The notes under the pieces are model-generated. The model had not been told where the DNA came from, searched no databases, and saw only the letters and a list, made by a program, of their open reading frames with translations. Both the position numbers and the translations under genes were made by a program. A stretch of DNA of 64,000 bases from Vicugna vicugna (Eukaryota), in contig MU057521.1 of NCBI GenBank assembly GCA_013265495.1, forward strand, positions 434,001-498,000, given 5' to 3'. Position 1 is the first letter of the stretch. Every line of letters begins with the position of its first letter. Positions 26,012-36,683 of this stretch are shown piece after piece.

Positions 26012-29000
26012 GTCTGCACCATTTCAGTTTCTATGTATAGCAATGCCTAGAGAGGTTTTTAAGCCAAGATTTTCAAAACGTTAAAAACTATTTTGAAGAA
26101 ATGACCAGTTCTGCTCTCTGCAATACAGTTAATATTTATTTTTGAGGCAGTTTTTGTTTCTGAGAAAAAAACCACAAGTTGCTACCTTCTGCAGTGATAC
26201 TCTTTAACTGCCTTTCACGGGTTGAGTTGTTTTTGTTTTTGTTTTCATTAGTCGGCTGGCTAAAGAATATTCAATTAGCCTTCCTACCAGTCAACAGTTT
26301 AGGCTGTCCTCTGTCTCTACAGTTGTTTGTTTCGAACAATCATTTAAAAATTCTACCAATTTTCACTCCACTATTTTTATCTAAAATAATGGGAAAGGGA
26401 AAATGGTAATACTCATCCAAAGACGTGCACGTTTCATAATTGAAATATAACTAGGACCACAGAAGAATTAGAGGTACCGAAAGTGGTAAACCTTAAGCTT
26501 AAATTGTACAGTTAATTCAAGACAGAATGATAGAATCGTGTACGTCCAAAGTAGCAAGTATTTAGCTTCAGTTGGACAGTATGTGAGTCGAGAAAGGACA
26601 AGCAGATCTGTGGCACAGGCAGTGAAGGTGAATCCGGTATCCTAGCGGAAACGGACTCAGCTCCTTCCACCTGTGACACCCCTGGGCTCCGTGGTGGCAC
26701 AGGAAAAGCTACAGGGTCACTTGTCTCCCATTCCTCATGCTTCATTATCCAGAATTCAGTCCCACGTGCAAAGACACTCGGGAACCCAGTTTTTCTCACT
26801 GCCCATGAAGGGGAAATGTATAACAACACAGCACGTTGTTTCTGCCCCGGTCTCCCCATACGTGAAATCCCCAGATATTTCCACGTGATTTCCCACTCAC
26901 GGAACTCACTCACCTCCTCCCCAAGGGAGGAAACCCATCTAGTCACTGTATCCAGCTTAGAACCCAGGATCTCAGGACAATGTGTATTAGCCTTCATAAG
27001 GTCTAGATGCAGATCCTCTGGGCCTGGTCATCTCGGGGTTATAAATGGAAGATTTAAGCTCCCTACATATTCTCCCAGGATGAAATATTGGGACAAGGAC
27101 AGAATTCATCCAAAGGTGAAGAATGCGGAGAAAAAGCAGTCATTGCCTCACAGCAATTTTTAGATGCCTCCGGCAGAATTTGTGAAGTCTCCGTTCCCCA
27201 GCCAGGGAACAGGAGAGGTTCTTAACACAGGCCCTGACACTGCTTTCTAGAGGACACCCTGGGCCATTGTTCTCAGGGACTTCTGCCTCATATTGTGGGA
27301 GGTTCTTCCTTATTCATCATTCTCCTTGGCAACATCTGAAGGGGCAGAGATGGGGGAGGAAATATGCTCTACTTGTTTACAGCCTTTGAAGCCTGTCTCC
27401 TGTTCACGGAGGGCTGGAGGGCCAACTTGTTTTAAGTGTTGAACAAAGGCCTTATTAGTAAAGGCTCATGGATTCTCTGTCAACATAATTCTCTCAATAA
27501 CTCAGTAGGTTTCTAATCCTTTTGCCTTCAGCCAATTCTGTGTGCTAGCAACTGCAACCAAAATTTTTTCTAAACATAGCTCTCGATGGAATGGTGACTA
27601 CCCCGAGGTTACAGAAAACAGTGAGAGAAAGAGCCACACTTTTAGTTTGATCTTCTCCCTGTGCCACTTGACTCAGGTGAGAAGTTCTACCAGACACTTG
27701 TCACTCAAAGACTTTTAAAAAATCTCTATAAGCAGTAAAGTTTTCCAAAATTCAAAGCCCAGGATCTCTGGATGCTCTCTATCTTTCTGTGTCAGCTTGC
27801 AGACCATGTAATTATTTCCTGAATACACTCCCAGTTCAGCTAACACACAACTGTGCAACTTGTACGCTGTCACAAGCACACACGACTATAGTTCTGCTTT
27901 CCAGACTCCTCCCCTAGAGCTATAAGCCAAGAAAGTGCAAAGTCTACCTTTCAACAGGTAGTACATGATCTATTTTTAAAATATTTTGCACAACATGTGC
28001 CTCTATCTTTTCAGTCTCTCACATCAGTTCCTTTACTGCTTGTTGTCCAACTGCTAAGCAATTGCTAAACATTTCAAGTCATTGTTGTAACAACACCTTA
28101 TTTCCAGTGTCAAGTACTTTATCAGTCAGGGTTTGATCAAGTTCACAGAAACCTCTGTAGGAATTTCATGTGGGAGGAGTTTTATTATAGCAGTAGAAAG
28201 CTGGGGAAACAAAGACCACCTTGAGGCAAATCCCTAAGGCACCCAGAAAGGTGCCACCAATTGTGAATACCTTCTTGATGGTCCTCAGCTGGAACCTCAT
28301 CCCAGGACCCATTTTTCCCTTATCTCACATGACCTGCTCTACGACAGGGCATCCATCCTTTGCTTCAATGCCTGTACTGAAGATTACAGATGGATTTTAG
28401 TCATTTGTCATCAGTTTGGACAGGGCTGCTTAACGCTGCCGCTCTGCCTCTTTGACTTCAGCTGCATTTACTGTAAGCTTGGCATTCCTCTGATCTGGTG
28501 GCTTCCCCTGGTCCCAAGGAGGGACACTCATTTGAACAGAACAATGGAGTCCCTTTTAGGCAACAGTAGTAGGGCACATCACTAATGGTCAATATTTGAT
28601 GGGTAATAATTTCAAAAAATGGGTAGAGGAGAACAGACAAGTCCCTTTGTTGATGATACAAAAAAAAAATCCTGACTTCAGCAAAATGAACTATTTTCTC
28701 CAAATTCAAAATGACTTCTACAGCAGCACTACAATCTCTAGGAAGCCTAGCACTTTCTAGGAGTAAGGGACCTATTAATAGAATAGAGAGAGAGCTGGTG
28801 ATTCAGTCTTTCCTCTTCTCAGCCCCTGTCTGACTTTTACATAGAATTGAGCAAGAGTGAAATACAATAGGGGTCTTCTTATAAAAATTCTTTTTTAAAA
28901 AATGCTACAATAGTATGTTACCAAGGGACCATACACTCTTTCCTTCCCCATATCCTGGGAAAGTAACAAAATACCCAGTCCTTTGTTCTACTGTACTGGA

Positions 29001-30042
29001 GGCTTGAGATGCTGTGGTTAAAATTCAAGTGTCTTTCAATCACAAGTCTTCCTTGGCCATCTTTCTCCATGCAAACTTATACACCTTTCTACTTGTTTGC
29101 AAACGAACAAACAAAGACAAAGGAGCGTCATATTCATTTTACAGACAGAGAGAAGTTTACTAGGGAAATAAAAGACATGGAATGAACAATGAAACATCAC
29201 CGGAGACCCCCTAATGGTATTTGACAACCCGCCAGAAGACAGAAGAGACATTGTCCAAGGCAGAATTAAAAACCAGCAAACAGGCACACTGAGCCACTGC
29301 AATTAACTGTTCAAGCCTCCCAGAAATAAGTATGAATTAATACACAATTGTTAGGTCTTTTGGGGGGGGGGCGGTTAGCTTTTTCCAGAAGTAAATTTGG
29401 GGAAAGGCTCTTGTTACTATAATTCTACTTTGAAAAGCACACTAATAATCAGTCCTCAAAATGCAAACCAACCAGTTTTGAAGCATGAAAATTAGAAGTG
29501 GAAGGAAACTATAAGAGGGATTCCAATGAAGGGCACAGTGAAAATGAATGAAGTTTCCCCCTTTACCCTCTCCTCTAATACAAGAGCAGAGAGACACTCA
29601 ATAAAATTAGCAGGCAGCAAATTCAGGTCTCATAATAGGTGATACTTCATTAGCGGCGTATATGGAATTCTCTGCAGCAAGAGGTCAGGAGGTGAGTACA
29701 GTGACTGGATTTTTTAAAGGACTGGATCATTTTATGTTCATTAATAACTCCCTGAGTTTGGCAAGCAAAGATAATGAGAAAGGTAATCTGGTCACTTGCA
29801 TCAGGGTACAAACCAGTTGCTTCATTCCGTCGGCTTTAGATGAAACGGCGTCCCTCCTTTCGAAGACATCATACAATTGAATAAGCGTGTCATGTTTCTA
29901 TACATTTTCCTCTGAACCATGGGGTTTTAAGTTGTTACTGGAGAGATTTTAGGCCCAATGAACAAATATTCAAATGCTTAGAGCATATTACGGTAGTCCA
30001 CAAACATAGGACTTACTCTTAAATGATGTATAATATACATTT

Positions 30043-30203
30043 TTTTAAAATGTTTTATTTATTTTTTTATTATTGCATTATTTACTTTATTTGGGGGGAA
30101 GGTAATTAGATTTATTTATTTTTAGAAGAGGTACTGGGGACTGAACCCAGGACCTCATGCATGCTAAGCATGCGCTCTACCACTTGAGCTATACCCTTCC
30201 CCC
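30043..30203 (-). mobile_element. Vic-1-type camelid tRNA-Ala-derived SINE with TSD
   Basis: Reverse complement ggggaagggtatagctcaagtggtagagcgcatgcttagcatgcatgaggtcctgggttcagtccccagtacctc plus A-rich tail; A/B boxes present; TSD tataatatacattt (30029-30042) / taaaatatacattt (30204-30217). Confidence 0.9.
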
Positions 30204-31429
30204 TAAAATATACATTTATTAAACTATCTGCAATCAGTGAAATACTTCTTTCCATTCACCTTCTGCCTCCCACAGTTGTGAACAGAGCAATGGAGTCATA
30301 GTTGGAAATTTTGTACGAGTCACTCAGGCAAAATCTTGAGGATACGATTAGCCTCCTTTATGGGCGTCAGCATTGCTATGAAGAAATAGGGGACAATAGC
30401 TGCTTCTTTTGAAAATTTTTATATAAATGCAAATCAGACAGGCAGTGGCTACGCGCTGGGCCTCGTTTACGGGCGGGAGATGCAGTGTGAACAAGGCAAA
30501 TGCAGCCCTGTCCTCAGGAAACACACAGCACAAGAGAAAAGGCAGATCATTTATTTTTCAAATGCCCCAAATGCAGTGTTTTCTTTGCCTGAGTCTTAAG
30601 AGAAGGAGTGATTAATTCATATAAATTTGCTAGTCCATTCCTCTTTGTAACAACTGGGAGGTACCATTGTTCTTATCACCCTGTCTCTGTTGGAACCTGA
30701 GTTCATCACATCAATGAATTGTAACATTGAGAACAGTATTACCTTCTGGTTATACAGGAAATCCTTTCTCTTAGCAAGCTGGGTACTTCAAAATGCAGCA
30801 AATACTTGTTACATGCATTGACAATTGCGTACTGTCTTGTCCCACTGTGTATAACAGCAGGATAGTTTGTGGGGCTAGATCCTAAATCCATTCTTTTGTT
30901 TACTCATTAAAGAAACAAATACTTATAATGAAGCAGAGTAAGGAGAAGGGCAGGAGATAAAGCCAGAAATGGAAGCAGACTGCAAAAGGTAATAGGAATG
31001 GATACATTGTTGAAGACTTTATATGCCTAGCCACAGAGTTTGGAATTTGTCCTACAGATAACAGGTACCACTGAAGGTTTTGAGCTGGGTAATGCCATCA
31101 TTAAATTTGAATTCTCAAAATATCACTCTGGTGGGAGTATAGATCTATTCAAGAGGGGAGACAGAAAGATTTCTTAAAAAGCTATTTCAGTATCTGGGGA
31201 AAATGCTAACAATCTGAAATACAGTAGTGTCAATGAAAGAATAAACAGAAGTTGATGCCTTCAGGAGTCACTTGAGAAATGGCATCTTCAGCATGTTGGG
31301 ACTAAGTGACTACATGGTGGGGGTTAAAAAGAAATTATTAGAGCAACACCAAAGGATCAGATAATGCCAGAATTTGATACATGAATTTTAACCTATCAAT
31401 ATATCAAAAATCATCTGACCCTTGAGATA

Positions 31430-31529
31430 TTATGAGACAGGGATTAGGACTGGGATAAAAGCCAGGCACTTGTATTTTTTCCAACTCTCACAGGTGAGGT
31501 TGATGTGGAGCCAGGACTGAGAAGCGCTG
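31430..31529 (+). mobile_element. MER5B-like fragment
   Basis: ccaggcacttgtattttt...caggtgaggttgatgtggagccaggactgagaagcgctg. Confidence 0.65.
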
Positions 31530-31780
31530 AGACAGGGGATATAGAAAGCCTGCAGATTTGGCATGAAGGAGAAAGATAACTTTCCTTTTGAACAGAATGC
31601 AATTTAAGTACTTTCGGAAATGAAAGACGCGAAAAGGAGCTGGGTCTTTCTATGTTACGAGTCTAGCCGCGCCTGGAACACAAGGGCATTCCCTAAGCGT
31701 TTATTTAACTGAAGGAGGGAATATTAGTGGGCAATCAAAAACACGGGAGTAGAATTTTAAATAGAGGATACACTTAGATA

Positions 31781-31960
31781 TATCATGTCATAATGGAAAG
31801 AGAACTGGCTTTGCAAACAGGAGATGGTCCCAAATTCCAGCTCTGCCACTCACTGGCTGTGTGGCTCTGAACAAGTTCGCCTCTCTGAGATTCAGTTTCC
31901 TCAACTTTGAAATGGAGAGAACAGTGTTGCATCTTCAATGATACTAAAGAAGTAACCTAA
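31781..31960 (+). mobile_element. MIR SINE
   Basis: ccagctctgccactcactggctgtgtggctctgaacaagtt...cctctctgagattcagtttcctca. Confidence 0.9.
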
Positions 31961-33285
31961 TATATACGAATGTATGTACAACTACATATTGTAATTAATA
32001 TATGAATCACCTCGGACTGAGTCTGAACTCCACACGTGGTAATGATTGATATACTTACTAACCTTTACCCCTACATGAACTTTGAAGGGAGTGAGATCTT
32101 CTAGGAAAGATTCGTTAGTCAAAGTAGAAGGACAGTAACAAAGCCCTGAAATATATGAACCATAAAAGGGCAAAGGGGAAAACAGGTAAAAACAATAAGA
32201 AGTGGTGACAAGAGAAAAGAGCCCAGACAAGCAGTTTCAGGAAGGAAAGAGTAACCAGTCGTGCCGAGTGCAGTGGAGAAGCCAAGTGGGCATCAGCTGA
32301 GAAATGGCCACTGGATTTGGCATCTTGTTGGTCTTCAGTAACTACAGTTGCACTGGAATTAACAGAACGGATTGAGACGTACATACTAGTGCAAGAAGTA
32401 CAGACACTGGGTGTGGCCTGCTCTTTCAACAAATTTCGTGTTCAAGAAAAATATTGAGAGGCATAGTTAAGGAGGGATGAGCGCTGAGGACACATTTCTA
32501 GGTCTTAGGGACAAAAAATAATATTGAGTATTTTTAAGGCTAGTTATCTATTTCCTCCCCAATACCTAGAACACTGCCTGCCACACAGAACTGGTTACTA
32601 TAGTTCTTACGTAGGTGAGTGAGTGAGATATTTGGATGAAGGGAGAAGAAGGGTAGAAAGGAATTATGGACTTAAGAACAAGCCAGCCACAGAGGACAGC
32701 CCAAGAGTCCTGAAGGAAAAAGGAGGAATATGAAGGCTGAAAGCAGTTCCAGTTTCATCTCTTACCACCACAGTGCATTCATTTTGATTTCTAGGGAGTT
32801 TGCCTGAGACTGGCCCCAGAGTAAACCGTTAATCCCATGATGTGGGTCCCTCATTATGGACCAAGGCACGGAAAACCTTTTTGTTGCCTCATTTCACGAC
32901 CTGTTTGTTGACCTTCCTACCCTCCTCCTCCTGCATCTTTCTTGATGGGTTACTTTCCAGATTTGGACCTACAGCCCCAGAGGGAAGACTGTGAGCTTTT
33001 AGTCTCCCTTGTGTTCATAGTTCTCAACACAGAAGTTATCAAGGAATCAAGACCAAAAAGAAAAACGCCACATTCCCAGTGCTGTCATGTTAGAAAAAAG
33101 CCATCAAGACTGGGGATGATGTCAGCAAAGGCAGAGTCTAGCTGGTTTCTTGCCATAATTCCTAATCTGGGGATTTATCCGTCCCCTGACAACAGGCAAA
33201 CCCTTTAAACCTATATACAGATGAAAGAAAGACGCCTCTTAAAGACACCTTTATAACGTAAATGAAATAGGCAGAAATTCGGATT

Positions 33286-33306
33286 CACACACACACACAC
33301 ACACAC
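33286..33306. repeat. (CA)10 microsatellite
   Basis: Seen directly. Confidence 0.95.
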
Positions 33307-35499
33307 GCAAACTTGCCCCACGCTCTTCAAACCATCAATTCCTTTCCTGCAGCTGAAGGCTCCTCCCACTGAACCTCACCTGCACCTCTCCTCTCAGATA
33401 CCCACCTTGTCTGGAAACATCTGCTCCACTATAATTTGCCTTTTCTACTTCCCACTGGCTCATGGTCTCAATATACCTAATACAGCTGATAAATGAATCA
33501 ATTTAGATTTGATAATGATGCTATCAAGTGGAGAAATTGGTTCTTCCAGAGAACATGTTTAATGTAAATGAGGTTACCGGTCACAAAGAGACGTGGGAGA
33601 ACTGTATCATAGGAACTGCAAGCATCTCTAACAGAGGTGAGAAGGTGCTCAGAGCAGGAAGACGAGGCACATGACCGGGCAGCGGCTGATGGAGTCTGTT
33701 ACTCTTTAGAGAAGAGCAAGTAAATGTAAAGGATACTCTGTTGGACCATTATAAGCATTTTGCTGTGAATTTAAGAAATATAAGATAAAATGAAACTTGA
33801 CCAGTTCCTACTAATCTGCGAAATCTTTTTCCTGAGAGAAAATAAAGAATTATTGCAATGGGATTTTATCAGCTCCCTCATGTTTCCTATTTGTTTGTAT
33901 CAATCTCGTGAGAGAGAAAAGAAAAGGCGTTTGAAACTAGAGAATGCTGAATATACATTTGCAAAATACTGAGACATTTCCTTAGCATCTTTAGGTTTCT
34001 CAGGCTTCTTTGGGAACTTTTTTTGCTACATAGTTGAAAGATATTTAAGGGAAAATGTATACAGAATTAGGCAGGTGCCAGGATGAAAAAGTATCCAAAC
34101 AAAAGTTAAAATAAAAAGAAAAATGACACCGTAAGAGGTTCTGAAATGTTCACACGAGCTGGGTCAAACAAGTCCACAAAATATCCTGACCATTGCTAAA
34201 CTAATTATGAGATGGTGTTTTGCTTTGTGTTTAATGAAGTAGCCCTATAATTTTAAAACATAGAAGTGAACATTTTAAGATATTCATTTTAATACAATCA
34301 ATGAGCCATTTTTGTAGGGCCTTCCCTGCCCCTGGAGAGCTTTAAAAGTTTAGATGGCACATCCCAGAGCCAACTAGCTAGAAAGGTCATCCTCCTGCCA
34401 TTCCCAGCTCTCCTTAGTATTCACTGCTCTGGCTTTTATTTTATTTAGAAACTTGTATTTGGCCAAAATGTTTATTCTTCAGAAATTTTACCCCAGTAAC
34501 TCTCACAAATTCTTTTTCCTGAACCTTCAGGGTTTCTGCAAATAAACGGAGAGCACTGCAGTATCACTGCGACATGTTTAAAAATGAAAACATTTCTTCC
34601 TTTTTCTAAATGACGCAAAACAAACAGTTTTACTCTAAGAAAACTGGGAACAATGCTTTTTAGGTATATGCCCCAAGTTCAGGGGCACAAACACCTTGCT
34701 CCCTGCTGTATTTCTCATGCTAGGCCCCGACAGAGCAAAGCTGGTCAATGTGATTATTTGATTTTAGTTGAAGCTTAAACTTCTCTTTCTTTATATATTA
34801 TCCTAACAATTAATAATTCACTAAATCGTGAAGCCATTTAAAACAAAAAAATGTTTGGAGATGAAAATATCTAACATTCTGAAAAGTGAAAGGCTTGTAA
34901 TAACTAGTTCTTTTAAAAGGGCAGGTCTATATATTCAAGAAAAGCACAATATTTATCAAAGTGCAGGTGACTGCACTCACACGTACACGGAAACACATAC
35001 ACGTGTGAATATACTTACGTGTGTGTGTTGCTTTTCTAAATACAGAAAACAAATACATATTCTTTAGCTTTCCTTAGTTCTTGCCACTCCAGTAACGCTT
35101 AAGAGCGTCAGTGTAGACCTAAGCCCAAGACGCATATTTAGGTCACTTTCCAGCAAAAGAGTTACGGTAATCAGAGAAGGTAAGAGGGAGTCACCGCAGG
35201 CAACAGTACGGTAAGTGATCAGGGTCACTCACCTCCACAGCTATGTATGAACTGAGGTGTGAACACCAACAGGAAAGAAACATCCGAGCCCCAATCTGAG
35301 CGCTCTAAGCCACGTAAAATCAAAGTTGACCAGCCTAGGTCAACTTGCAATGTAAGGTCAACAAAATAATTGCCCCCTGCCTACTAATCCTATTTCTGGG
35401 TGGTTTTTCAGGGTCGAAGACCACGACTTCCTTGTTTTCTTCTTCCAGGTTAGTTCAAAACTGATTCTAATTAAGCCACCCTGTGTGTTTGCTCCAGCA

Positions 35500-35718
35500 G
35501 GAGGACTCCAGTGGACAGGCTCTGGAATCTGAAAGCCTTACCTGATATTTCAAATCCACCCAACACCGACACTGTGGTGGTAGGCAGGATGCTTGACTTC
35601 TGACTCATCTTTAAAATGGGAATAATAACAATTGCACAGCTGTTTTAAGGATTAATTTATAAAATCTACGTATATGGTCTTGCCCAGGTAACACTCAATT
35701 AATGGTAGCTATTATTAT
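35500..35718 (+). mobile_element. MIR SINE
   Basis: ctcatctttaaaatgggaataataac...cactcaattaatggtagctattatta. Confidence 0.75.
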
Positions 35719-35939
35719 AAAAATAGCTCACCCATTTATTACCAGGATGAGTGTTCATGCATCAGAAATAGATTCATTTTAAAAACCAGGCTAAGTCAAT
35801 GCTCCCATAGTAAAAAAAAAAAAAAAATCTTAATGTATAAAGACCTCTAGAAGCAATAATCCTAAACATTCTTATTCATTTTTAAATTGCTGCTAAGGGA
35901 AAAAAAAACAGTGGGGTGACTATGCATCACAGCTTAGAC

Positions 35940-36157
35940 TAGGGGTTTGCAGACTCTGACCTACAGAACAAGGTCTTCCCTGCACTTGTTTTTCTAAATG
36001 AAGTTTTGCTGGAACAGTCACACCGGTCCATTCTTGTACTCTGGCTGTTCTGGTGCTATGGTGGCAGAGCCGAGTAGTTTCAGCAGAAATGTGTGGTCTG
36101 CAAAGCCTAAAATATTTCTTCTCTGGCCCTTTAACAGAAAACGTTTGCCAGTCCCTG
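35940..36157 (+). mobile_element. MER58A hAT-Charlie MITE
   Basis: taggggtttgcagact...gcaaagcctaaaatattt...ctggccctttaacagaaaacgtttgccagtccctg; TSD gcttagac/gtttagaa (6/8). Confidence 0.9.
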
Positions 36158-36450
36158 GTTTAGAACATCAGATTAAAATACTTCTATTATTAGAGAAGAA
36201 ACTTCTATTACCTTTTGGCCACATTTGTAAGTGCAACATTACACCAAGCAGCAAAACGGAAGTCACTTACTGGGGTTGATGTCCAGAGACATCTGGGGAT
36301 GGAATGGAAAGTGAAGGTCTTCAGAGAAGCCTGGGAGAGACAAAATATCTGGCAGGAAAATGATCATGTGGGAGGAAGGGAAAGAAAAGATGGTTACTAC
36401 AAGTAATAGAAACCAGGTTTTCTTCCTTTGGAAAAATGAACAGCTCCAAA

Positions 36451-36683
36451 CAGGGCCAGGAAAAGAGCGAGACTGAGATACCCATCTCAGGTACAAACTA
36501 TAAGGGGAGGTCAAAATTCTGAGTCAAGATAAATAATATCTTACATACTTTAAAAAATCAAAATTAATGCAGATAAATCCATGATGAACAGCACATCAGA
36601 ACTTCAACAAAAACAAGATCAGTATAACTGATTTTTTTGCTTTGCTCTCGAGACTCGGGCTCTAACAGCACCACAGGGCACTG
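36451..36683 (+). mobile_element. hAT-Tip100-like MITE (Arthur1-type; subfamily uncertain)
   Basis: Termini cagggcc.../...ggcactg; internal tcaagataaataatat...aaaaaatcaaaattaatgca...aaatccatgatgaac. Confidence 0.6.

Larger units (their letters stand above)
30930..32500 (-). mobile_element. Fragmented L2 LINE, interrupted by other elements
   Basis: gagtttggaatttgtcctacag...ccactgaaggttttgagc; gagaaatggccactggatttggca. Confidence 0.7.

Noticed and set aside
27098..27119. 16-mer gacagaattcatccaa matching the reverse complement of ~59448-59463
   Set aside because: About one such match is expected by chance in 64 kb; homology extends only a few bases further
30125..30203. tRNA-Ala(AGC)-like sequence on the minus strand
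   Set aside because: Followed by a SINE tail and flanked by a TSD, and the acceptor stem is not intact; it is a SINE head, not a tRNA gene
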